This document shows, in pieces, positions 17,745-25,944 of a stretch of DNA of 30,771 bases (position 1 is its first letter; each line of letters opens with the position of its first letter). Under the pieces are notes generated by a model, which saw only the letters and a list, made by a program, of their open reading frames with translations, was not told the DNA's origin and searched no databases. The DNA lies in IMG/VR virus record IMGVR_UViG_3300005077_000159, positions 1-30,771 of that record; one strand, written 5' to 3'. The position numbers and the translations under genes are program-made. This DNA comes from a virus. Lineage: Duplodnaviria > Caudoviricetes.

Positions 17745-19976
17745 ATGATAAATAAACTTACACAATTTATAAAGAATAAACTGGTTATATACATAGCCAT
17801 TGTTCTTGCTATTGGCGTAGGCATTAACGCAGTTTATAATTTTAAGAATTTACCGATTGATTCTATTTTATTAGGCGCAAGTTCTATAGGTTTAGATACA
17901 TTTGAATATGTAACTTCGTCTGCTTCAACCACTGCAACCAAAAATATGACTGTTGCTAGTAATTCTAATACAATTTTAGTTGTTATGATTACTGGTTATG
18001 ATATACCAGGCTCAGAAGTTGATAGTGTTACTTGGAATACATCAGAGAGCTTTACTTATATAACAGGCAGTTATGGAGATAATGGTGATGTACAATGGGT
18101 TGAGGCTTGGTATTTACTTAACCCTACTGCTACAACAGCTAATTTAGTAGTTGATTTTGATGGTAGTGATACACCATCGGCTACTGTAAATATCTGGTCA
18201 TTATATGGTATAAATACAGCCGACCCGATTGGTGCAGTTAGTGAGTATAGTGAAACTAGTGGTGAAGAAACAAAACAAATTTCCATCACCACCGAAACAG
18301 CCGATTCTTGGGTGCTGGAAGTATTAGGTTTAGGTGGAACAACAAGCCCTCGTATATCTCCTGTTGATGGACAAACAGAAAGATTAGATATAGCTGCTAA
18401 TGGTAATTATGATACTTGGGCTGGTGATGTGGTGGTTGCGTCCGCTGGTGCTACTAATGTTCGTTTAATAGATGATATTAATGACGGAGATTGGTCACAA
18501 TCTTTAGCTATTGAAATCAAAACCGCAACTGCTGCTATAGAACAAGAGGGCTTTGCTTTTGGTAACGATGATGGAAGTGAATCAGCACATACTTTTGATA
18601 CACAAGATACAAACATTATAGAGGAGTTAGGCACAAAAACTTTGCGTCTGATACTAGATAGCGATAATGACCCAGCATCAAATGCTTATAAACTCAAATA
18701 TCAAAAAAATGGTAGCGGTGGATATGAGGATGTGCCAGTCGGTAGTGGTGTGACTGTAAGTCCGACTCCCAGTTCTGGTGATATAACCGAAAGTGGTTAT
18801 AATAGCATTACTTCAAATATAAATTTAGATTATCCAGCTTATTCAGACGGTGACCTTGTCATTTTACATATTAACGCCATTCAATATACAAGTGGTACGC
18901 AGGGCATAAATTATCCCTCTGGTCCAAATGGCGAAACAATAAATGTTCTCATAGATAACTACTCCTCGTCTGGTGGTCAGTATGATGTTGGAATGTCAGT
19001 TGCTTATTTTATTGGTGACGGTTCTCATTCTGCTGGTACTTTATCAATCACTTCAGATTTAACTCAAAGGTGGACTGGTGCTGTTATGCTTATACCTGCT
19101 GGAGAGTTTAATCTAGCACAGCCTTTGTCTACTGAATACAGCACAAACGGAGCAACTTCTGGTAGTACGTTAACAATGTCTGGTTTTAGTGCTGATACAG
19201 ATGATGGCGGTGGTAGGTTGGTTGGGTTTGTTGGTGCTGATACAGATCCTATATCCGGTACTGATACTGGGTGGACTGCTTTAGTCAATCGTGATAGAGG
19301 TCGGTCTACAATAGAGATAGCCACCAGAAATACTGTAGTTAGTAATAGTGAGAGTATAGGTTCAGCAACTTGGGCAATAGCAAGTGATGCTTGGGGTGCT
19401 ATTGGTTATATAATTAGGCCAGCAATAACTTCAAATGAAGTATATGTTGATACTTCTGGTAATGTAGCCAGTGGAGGAGAGGCAACCACAGCTAGACTTA
19501 CAGCACCAAGTGGAAAGACAACCGGAGATTTTACTACAGGTCGCAGATGGGATGATGAAAATGGTAGCGATAGTATTGATATAGCAGATGGTTATTATAC
19601 GGAGTTAGAGTGGATTTTAACTACACAAAGCCCAGCTACAACAGATGATTATTTTGAGTTTAGAGTTTATAACGGCGATACTGCCTTAGATACTTATACA
19701 GTTACACCTAAATGGACAATCGGAACTGCAGGAGCTGATACTTGTACCTACTCAGCAGGCGATTGGGTGGTACTTTATTCAGACGATTGTGTTGTAAGTT
19801 CAGATGTTTGGATTGATAGTAATGGTAGGTTGGTTATAATCCGTGATGGAGTTGGGAGTTTTCAAGTAACTAACGGAGCAATTATTTATAGTAAAGACGG
19901 AGCGGAATTTTTACATAGTCCAGCCAATATTCAAATAGAAAGTTCAAGTAATGGGATAATTTATCAAAAAGAATGA
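17745..19976 (+). CDS. Multi-domain beta-sandwich (lectin/adhesin-like) protein with membrane leader
   Basis: Hydrophobic aa 13-31, LG-A at 43-45; tandem ~200-aa S/T/G/W-rich beta domains; Cys-pair C-terminal module (CTYSAGDW...DDC). Confidence 0.6.
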   Translation: MINKLTQFIKNKLVIYIAIVLAIGVGINAVYNFKNLPIDSILLGASSIGLDTFEYVTSSASTTATKNMTVASNSNTILVVMITGYDIPGSEVDSVTWNTSESFTYITGSYGDNGDVQWVEAWYLLNPTATTANLVVDFDGSDTPSATVNIWSLYGINTADPIGAVSEYSETSGEETKQISITTETADSWVLEVLGLGGTTSPRISPVDGQTERLDIAANGNYDTWAGDVVVASAGATNVRLIDDINDGDWSQSLAIEIKTATAAIEQEGFAFGNDDGSESAHTFDTQDTNIIEELGTKTLRLILDSDNDPASNAYKLKYQKNGSGGYEDVPVGSGVTVSPTPSSGDITESGYNSITSNINLDYPAYSDGDLVILHINAIQYTSGTQGINYPSGPNGETINVLIDNYSSSGGQYDVGMSVAYFIGDGSHSAGTLSITSDLTQRWTGAVMLIPAGEFNLAQPLSTEYSTNGATSGSTLTMSGFSADTDDGGGRLVGFVGADTDPISGTDTGWTALVNRDRGRSTIEIATRNTVVSNSESIGSATWAIASDAWGAIGYIIRPAITSNEVYVDTSGNVASGGEATTARLTAPSGKTTGDFTTGRRWDDENGSDSIDIADGYYTELEWILTTQSPATTDDYFEFRVYNGDTALDTYTVTPKWTIGTAGADTCTYSAGDWVVLYSDDCVVSSDVWIDSNGRLVIIRDGVGSFQVTNGAIIYSKDGAEFLHSPANIQIESSSNGIIYQKE

Positions 19977-21157
19977 AAACATTAGCAACATTAGGAATAG
20001 TAATTTTAGGAGCAACTGGAGTTGGTGCGGTTGATGCTAATAAATTAACTGAAGTACCTTTACAAAAAGATGTAGTCGTAGCTGGTGAGCAAGTAAAAGT
20101 TCGCCAAGTCGATAGTGTAGTTGAAACAGAGATGCCTTGGAAAGGCGAAGCTGGCTTGAAAATTAAGTATGATATGGGTGAGCCTACTGCAGAGGAAAAA
20201 TTGAAAGACAAGCGAAATAAGCAAGTGACTACTGAAACAGTTGGTGATGACGGATTCAAGATTGATATTCTGCTTGATAAAAAACCAAAGACCAACACAT
20301 TTTGTTATACAATAGATGGATATGAGAATTATGATTTCTTTTACCAACCAGCACTAACTCAAGAAGAAATAGATGAGGGAGCAGAAAGACCAGAAGAAAT
20401 TGTCGGAAGCTACGCAGTTTATCACAAGACTTTGGAAAACAATAATTATAAAACAGGTAAAGTAATGCACATACCTTTTCCGTATGTTTGGGAGGTTGAT
20501 AATAAAGATACAACAAAACAGAGAGCTGAGAATTTAACCTATTCAGATGGACAGTTATGTGTAGTAGTTCAGCAAGACTTCTTAGACAAAGCAAAGTATC
20601 CTGTTAGAATTGATCCTACATTTGGGTATACAAGTATTGGTGCTTCTAGTCAAAACAATAATGTAGATGAAGATGCTTTTGGTAGTTCAGATACAGCAGT
20701 AACTGGAACATTAACAAAAGTTTCAGCAGCTCTCAGAAAAGAAGATTCTGATGCTAGTGGTAGTGTTTATTATTTTTTTTCATCTAGTGCTTCAGATAGA
20801 AATTCTTTATATAATTCTGGTTCTGAAAGTGAAAGTATGACAACGACGTTTGCTTGGTATGATAGCGATACAACATCAACATCACTTTCTGGTACAACTC
20901 ATTATGTAACTTTGGGTATGGTTGATACAGGTCCTTGTTTATTTGCTAATTGTAATCAATTAGCGTATGACACAGGCTCAGGTACAAACGGTGGTAAATA
21001 TAATTTAGATACTTGGTTTGCAAATGATACTATAAATTATTCAGTTTATGCAACCTATACCGAATCAGCAGAGGAAGCCACAGCAGAACAGAGTATCCCA
21101 GTTAAAATAGATAATGGAAGTATTAAGATTGATAATGGAAATTTGATAATTAAATAG
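19973..21157 (+). CDS. Exported two-part protein with YPVRIDPT junction motif
   Basis: Short signal-like N-terminus, charged beta domain to aa ~210, DFLDKAKYPVRIDPTFGY, then an S/T-rich beta domain. Confidence 0.6.
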   Translation: MKTLATLGIVILGATGVGAVDANKLTEVPLQKDVVVAGEQVKVRQVDSVVETEMPWKGEAGLKIKYDMGEPTAEEKLKDKRNKQVTTETVGDDGFKIDILLDKKPKTNTFCYTIDGYENYDFFYQPALTQEEIDEGAERPEEIVGSYAVYHKTLENNNYKTGKVMHIPFPYVWEVDNKDTTKQRAENLTYSDGQLCVVVQQDFLDKAKYPVRIDPTFGYTSIGASSQNNNVDEDAFGSSDTAVTGTLTKVSAALRKEDSDASGSVYYFFSSSASDRNSLYNSGSESESMTTTFAWYDSDTTSTSLSGTTHYVTLGMVDTGPCLFANCNQLAYDTGSGTNGGKYNLDTWFANDTINYSVYATYTESAEEATAEQSIPVKIDNGSIKIDNGNLIIK

Positions 21158-21181
21158 TTCTTTCACAAATAAATAGGAGGT
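21156..21181 (+). promoter_or_regulatory. boxA-like element plus strong Shine-Dalgarno
   Basis: AGTTCTTTCACAA (21156-21168) resembles rrn boxA (GCTCTTTAACAA / GTTCTTTGAAAA); AGGAGGT at 21175-21181, 5 nt before ATG. Confidence 0.5.
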
Positions 21182-21186
21182 ATGCT

Positions 21187-22527
21187 ATGAAGTATATCAT
21201 CACGTCAGCTCAAAGTTGTTCTAAACCGCTGAGAAAGTTCTGGATAGGATTACAAAATTACGCCAAGTTGAATGATGCTGAGATTATAGTTCTCCCTTTG
21301 ATTGGTATTTCTGCTCAAGAAGATTGGGATGATATTGTTCCTGAATTACAGCCGTTTGTATTAAAAACAGACAAGAGATTAAACTCTAACTTGTTTATCA
21401 GACAGGCACACGTTCAGCCACAAAATATTGACCCAGCTACTTCGCAGGAAAGATTTGCTCAGCGTACATCATCTACGATTGCTGCCAGCCCGAAACAACG
21501 CCTGAAGCCTATATCGCACTCAAATAATAAGTACCCTAAGTATATTATATTTACTGGTGCTTTAACTGAGCCGAACTATGCTTCTGGGCTTGACCATAAC
21601 GCTGAACGCAGACGTCGTGGTAATATCGCTAAGCTTGATCATGAATATGGAGCTATTATAGTTGACATCATCAATGACAAAGAATACAGATGGCGTAATA
21701 TCTTAGCCAACACCAGCGGTAAGTTCATTGATTTAGGGATTATGTACGACGGTAAGAAACAGCACGAAGCTAAGTTAGATGCTATGGTCTTAGGTGACAT
21801 ACATGTTGGTTCAAGTGACCCAACTGTTCTAAAAGTCACCAAAGAAATGGTAGCTAAACTTAAGCCTAAGCGACTTATCCTGCATGATTTCTTTGATGGA
21901 CATTCGGTGTCACATCACATTGTACGCCAGCCTGTCAGACAGCGATTATTACAGCAGTACGACCGAGGCTTCCATAATTTAGATGAAGAGTTAAGGCTTT
22001 GTCATAAAGAATTAACTCAGTTCTCTAAGCTCGCCGATAAAGTGTTCTTGGTATGGAGTAATCATCATGATTTCCTGCCACGTTATTTGGAAGAGGTTAG
22101 GTTCTCAGAAGACATGACTAATTATCGTACCGCAGTTAGAATTTTAGGACACATAGCGGCTAAAGATTATAACGACGGAGTTAAGTTTGGTATCGGTCTT
22201 AAGGGAAAGATACCAGCTAATGTTAAGTTCTTGAAAGAGGACGATGACTTAAAAGTTCGTGGTTATCAGTTAGCAGCCCATGGTCATAAATCTGGCGGTT
22301 TCAGAGGTTATGGTTCTATCAAACAGCGTGAAAATGCTCTTGGTAAATCAATCACTGGGCACAGCCATAGCGGCGAGAAGCTCAGACAAACCTACATAGT
22401 AGGAACTTGTTTACCACGTAATATGTTTTATATGCGTGGACAGCCCAGCAAATGGACACATACCCATGCTCTATTATGGAGTACAGGTACAGTCCAGTTG
22501 ATACACATAATTAATGGAAAATGGTAA
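21187..22527 (+). CDS. Calcineurin-like metallophosphoesterase, T5 A1-like family
   Basis: All five metallophosphoesterase motifs (GDIH, HDFFDG, SNHHD, AHGH, GHSHS); N-terminal YIITSAQ...FW.GL.NYA and C-terminal PSKWTHTH...G..QLI.IINGKW match my recollection of T5 A1 homologues. Confidence 0.8.
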   Translation: MKYIITSAQSCSKPLRKFWIGLQNYAKLNDAEIIVLPLIGISAQEDWDDIVPELQPFVLKTDKRLNSNLFIRQAHVQPQNIDPATSQERFAQRTSSTIAASPKQRLKPISHSNNKYPKYIIFTGALTEPNYASGLDHNAERRRRGNIAKLDHEYGAIIVDIINDKEYRWRNILANTSGKFIDLGIMYDGKKQHEAKLDAMVLGDIHVGSSDPTVLKVTKEMVAKLKPKRLILHDFFDGHSVSHHIVRQPVRQRLLQQYDRGFHNLDEELRLCHKELTQFSKLADKVFLVWSNHHDFLPRYLEEVRFSEDMTNYRTAVRILGHIAAKDYNDGVKFGIGLKGKIPANVKFLKEDDDLKVRGYQLAAHGHKSGGFRGYGSIKQRENALGKSITGHSHSGEKLRQTYIVGTCLPRNMFYMRGQPSKWTHTHALLWSTGTVQLIHIINGKW

Positions 22528-22572
22528 CTGAGGGAATCACAAGGATGTGAATCTCTCAACAAAGGAGGCATT

Positions 22573-22947
22573 ATGGCAACCCGGATATTTACCACTCAGA
22601 TAATAAATACTTATTGGTACTGTCCTGCTTGCGATTCTGTCAAGGAACATATTTGCTACCTTGAAAATGAGAATGTCTGGACAGTTGAGATAAGGTTTAT
22701 TTGCACAGGCAAGTGTAATCACAGTGAGTCTAAGAGGTTTATCAAATCTCATAAAAACACTCATAAAGTAGCTGCTGACATAGTTCAGTGGCACTGCCCA
22801 AGCTGTCGTAAAGTGACTCAAAACATAATCTATTTAGAGAACTTATCCAGTTGGACACTAACTTTTAGACTCATTTGTTTAGCAATGGATTGTAATCATT
22901 CTTACAGCAGACACTTTTTAAGGGGTGACATGAAACAGGAGGAGTAA
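22573..22947 (+). CDS. Tandem zinc-ribbon protein
   Basis: Two ~50-aa repeats: W.CP.C...I.YLEN...WT...R.IC...CNHS.S..F; SD AAGGAGG at 22562-22568. Confidence 0.75.
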   Translation: MATRIFTTQIINTYWYCPACDSVKEHICYLENENVWTVEIRFICTGKCNHSESKRFIKSHKNTHKVAADIVQWHCPSCRKVTQNIIYLENLSSWTLTFRLICLAMDCNHSYSRHFLRGDMKQEE

Positions 22948-23225
22948 TGACAAAACATCATATTCGCCCACATAGCCGAGGAGGCAAAACAAACGATGAG
23001 AACATCGTTCTTAAAAACGATAAACAACACAAAGCCTACCACCTATTATTCAAAAATGCGTTACCTGAAGAAGCTGTCATGATAATTCTTAAAGAGTGGT
23101 TCTATAAAGACCCACACAAAAAAGAACAAGCTTATTACAGGCTATTAGGATGGCTACAGCAGGAATGTAGGAATTATATAGAAAAGCAGAGAGAAGCAGG
23201 ATTCAAAGCAGGAGCAGGATTATAA
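22947..23225 (+). CDS. Small HNH-like nuclease
   Basis: HHIRPHSRGG....EN.......H.AYH.LF.N beta-beta-alpha-Me pattern; SD AGGAGGAG and TAATG coupling. Confidence 0.7.
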   Translation: MTKHHIRPHSRGGKTNDENIVLKNDKQHKAYHLLFKNALPEEAVMIILKEWFYKDPHKKEQAYYRLLGWLQQECRNYIEKQREAGFKAGAGL

Positions 23226-23236
23226 CCCACCACAAC

Positions 23237-23257
23237 AGGGGAGCATAATGTTCCCCT
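23237..23257 (+). terminator. Stem-loop closing the SD-using cassette
   Basis: AGGGGAGCA-taa-TGTTCCCCT; no U-tract, so function is uncertain. Confidence 0.4.
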
Positions 23258-23309
23258 ACCTACCTATAATTTGAGCCCGATTGGGCATTTAACAATTAAT
23301 ATAAACAAT

Positions 23310-23576
23310 ATGTCTACTAAAAATATATCTAGAGTTCCTAGACTTTTAGGATCATCAGCTGATCCTAATAAAATTGCCCTTACTTTCAAGGGTATTGCAG
23401 TTGGTTTAATACCGGTTATTATTCTAGTTGCAAAAGCATTTAGTATAGAACTTTCACAAAGTGAGATTTTAGATTTAATTGAGTCCATTACTGCTGCTAT
23501 TTCTGGTACCATGGTTGTAGTTGGTCTTGGCAGAAAGATTTGGTTCTTTTTTAGAGATAAATTTTTAACTAAATAA
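23310..23576 (+). CDS. Holin-like two-TM membrane protein
   Basis: 88 aa from ATG 23310 (TATG context); two hydrophobic segments, basic C-terminus GLGRKIW; adjacent to peptidases. Confidence 0.6.
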   Translation: MSTKNISRVPRLLGSSADPNKIALTFKGIAVGLIPVIILVAKAFSIELSQSEILDLIESITAAISGTMVVVGLGRKIWFFFRDKFLTK

Positions 23577-23580
23577 TTTT

Positions 23581-23826
23581 ATGGTTGAGAGATGGCATGA
23601 AAACAATATTCAATGGAAACATATTCTAGTTTTGATTACTCTTTTTAGTGCTATAATAAGTGCAATATATTCAATATCTACTAATGCCCTGGCTAATTCC
23701 CAGACCAATGCAGTAGAAATACGCGGACTACAGACTTCTCAGGCAAATACAGAGAAAATTTATGACAACATATTGCAACAATTGGAAAATATTAATAACA
23801 AACTAGATAATAAAGCCGACAAATAA
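23581..23826 (+). CDS. Single-TM plus coiled-coil protein (holin/antiholin-like)
   Basis: Hydrophobic aa 15-33 then heptads ending LENINNKLDNKADK. Confidence 0.55.
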   Translation: MVERWHENNIQWKHILVLITLFSAIISAIYSISTNALANSQTNAVEIRGLQTSQANTEKIYDNILQQLENINNKLDNKADK

Positions 23827-23827
23827 T

Positions 23828-24841
23828 ATGAAAAATTACGGAGTTATATTAGATAATAATACAATTACCGGTAATGCTATAGGCACTATCAGCTCTATTG
23901 AGCGTGTAATTTTACAATCTAATGGCGATTGGTCGTCTTATAGACCAACGGCTGAGAGTCAGGCCTATATTTACTTTGATGATTATGCTTGTGTCACCCA
24001 CAGCACTTTGTTGGTTATTGCTGCGATATTTAATCTGAGAATTAAAAAAGGATTAATCTCCGATGATAATATAGAGTGGCTTAGAGATAATGGATATTTT
24101 GATGATAATGGAAACATTAACTTTAATGATAGGTTTACTGCCAAGGTTTCTGAGACAATTTGTTTTAGAGGTAATTATCAAACAAAGGTTAACGACGCGG
24201 TTAAAACATTCGGTTTAATACCACAGAGTAAGTGGAGTTACAAAAACAACGAATTCGAGTCTTGTCCATTATTCTATGCTGATACTCCGCCAGATGATGC
24301 TTTTGAATTGGGAGTAGAATTTAATAAAAGGTTCGATCTTGATTGTGAATATTTGAACCCTAACAATAGCGTAGAAGTAAATTTTGCTCTTAGGTATTCT
24401 CCAATAGTTGTATTGGTCCGCGCTTGGTGGAAGAATAGCAATGGATTGTACTACTTCCCGGTTCCGCCAGAGGTTACTTATACTACCTACAACCATCAGG
24501 TTGTTTTGTATAGACCGAGAAATCCTGAAACATGGATATGGGATAGTTATAATGATTACGACAATACTCCATTTGAAAAACAACTAACGCCAGATTATCC
24601 ATTAGGCACTGCCTATATCTGGTTCATGAAAGAATTAATAAATAGAAAAATTATGTCAAATGTAAAAAAAGTCAGAGTTAAGGGATCCAATGCCCGGGGG
24701 TTCTTTGTGCCAAGCGACGTGGCTGAGTCATATCGTTCTGACTGCAAAAATTATGGCAAGCCATGTGCTTTAGACAGTGATGGTAATGTTGATTGGTCGG
24801 AAGAAGAGAAGTCCATGGAGGGTGAGGTAGAACTATTTTAA
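23828..24841 (+). CDS. Papain-fold (C1-like) cysteine peptidase 1
   Basis: Oxyanion Gln and Cys (ESQ.......YACVTHS), His (YNHQVVLY), third residue Asp (WIWDSY); NFNDRFTAKVS..GN; SPIVV. Confidence 0.8.
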   Translation: MKNYGVILDNNTITGNAIGTISSIERVILQSNGDWSSYRPTAESQAYIYFDDYACVTHSTLLVIAAIFNLRIKKGLISDDNIEWLRDNGYFDDNGNINFNDRFTAKVSETICFRGNYQTKVNDAVKTFGLIPQSKWSYKNNEFESCPLFYADTPPDDAFELGVEFNKRFDLDCEYLNPNNSVEVNFALRYSPIVVLVRAWWKNSNGLYYFPVPPEVTYTTYNHQVVLYRPRNPETWIWDSYNDYDNTPFEKQLTPDYPLGTAYIWFMKELINRKIMSNVKKVRVKGSNARGFFVPSDVAESYRSDCKNYGKPCALDSDGNVDWSEEEKSMEGEVELF

Positions 24842-24858
24842 TAATTAATAAAAATTTT

Positions 24859-25929
24859 ATGCCAGAAGTAAAACCTAACATACAAATATTAAACACCGGC
24901 CTTTTGCCATTAGCTCCTGGTCGTAAAGATTTTTTGGCCGGTGCCATTCCTTTTGAACTTAGAATAGCTAGTGGTCAATGGGATGAATTTATTAGCGATA
25001 GTATTGATGTTCAACAGCGCATGGGTTTTGAACCTATGGACTGTGTGTCACATTCTAACTGTAAGATTGTTCAGATGCAAATTAACTGGATGATTACTAA
25101 TAATATCTTAAAGCCAGGTGATCCGTCTTATGATTTTCTAAAATCAAATAAATACCTAGATGCCAATGGAAAGTGTCAATTATCAGAGAGGTTTTTAGCT
25201 AAGGTATCAAATACTACCTATGCTGGTAATGGTATGCAACCAGTAGCTGATGCTGGTCGTCATTATGGTTATGCGCCTGAATCAGCCTGGCCATATCCTG
25301 AAAACCCTACTTGGTCTGAATTTTATAAACCGATTCCACCCGCGGTTCTTGAGCTAGCTTCTCAATGGAATAATTATTTTGAGCCATTACAGTACGAGTG
25401 GATTGATGTTAGTGATATTCCTAACGCCCTTAAGCACGCTCCAGTACAGCTTGGCGCGGCCATTTGTGGTGGTTGGAATGATGGTAATATCATAAAAAAA
25501 TGTAATTCAGCCGCTAATCATGCTACTTCTATTTATGGCTATAAAGACAAAGAGTTTTATAAAGACCTTGATCAGTATTTAGATAGTGATGGAGATACCA
25601 TGAAAAAATTGGCCTGGAATTATAGTCTACAATTTTTAATGAAGCTTGTTGTTAATAAAAAAAAAATAATCCTGTCCGATCCGGCTGCTGCGAATATGTT
25701 AAAAAAAAACTTAAGAAACTATCAGATTATATTAGTTCCAGATTCAAATGGTGAAATGTATTTAGCGGACTGTTCTCTAGGCAAAGATAGTTGGAAGTTT
25801 CCTATTAATGAATTTGGTCTTACTGCCCAGATTGCTAAAAACAGAATAGCCCACGGTGTGACTGGAGCTATGGCTAGTAGAATTAGAACAGTTGATTCAT
25901 TAGATGATGTAATAAATCTTTACAAATAA
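24859..25929 (+). CDS. Papain-fold (C1-like) cysteine peptidase 2
   Basis: DVQ.......MDCVSHS, LSERFLAKVS....GN, GYAPESAWPY, ALKHAPVQ, ANHATSIYGY, DLDQY; paralogue of the previous gene. Confidence 0.8.
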   Translation: MPEVKPNIQILNTGLLPLAPGRKDFLAGAIPFELRIASGQWDEFISDSIDVQQRMGFEPMDCVSHSNCKIVQMQINWMITNNILKPGDPSYDFLKSNKYLDANGKCQLSERFLAKVSNTTYAGNGMQPVADAGRHYGYAPESAWPYPENPTWSEFYKPIPPAVLELASQWNNYFEPLQYEWIDVSDIPNALKHAPVQLGAAICGGWNDGNIIKKCNSAANHATSIYGYKDKEFYKDLDQYLDSDGDTMKKLAWNYSLQFLMKLVVNKKKIILSDPAAANMLKKNLRNYQIILVPDSNGEMYLADCSLGKDSWKFPINEFGLTAQIAKNRIAHGVTGAMASRIRTVDSLDDVINLYK

Positions 25930-25944
25930 TTAATTAATAAAATT

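Noticed and set aside
14927-21157. Diversity-generating retroelement target/template pair among the fibre repeats
   Set aside because: Repeat copies differ mainly at synonymous positions rather than only at adenines, and there is no reverse transcriptase in the window.
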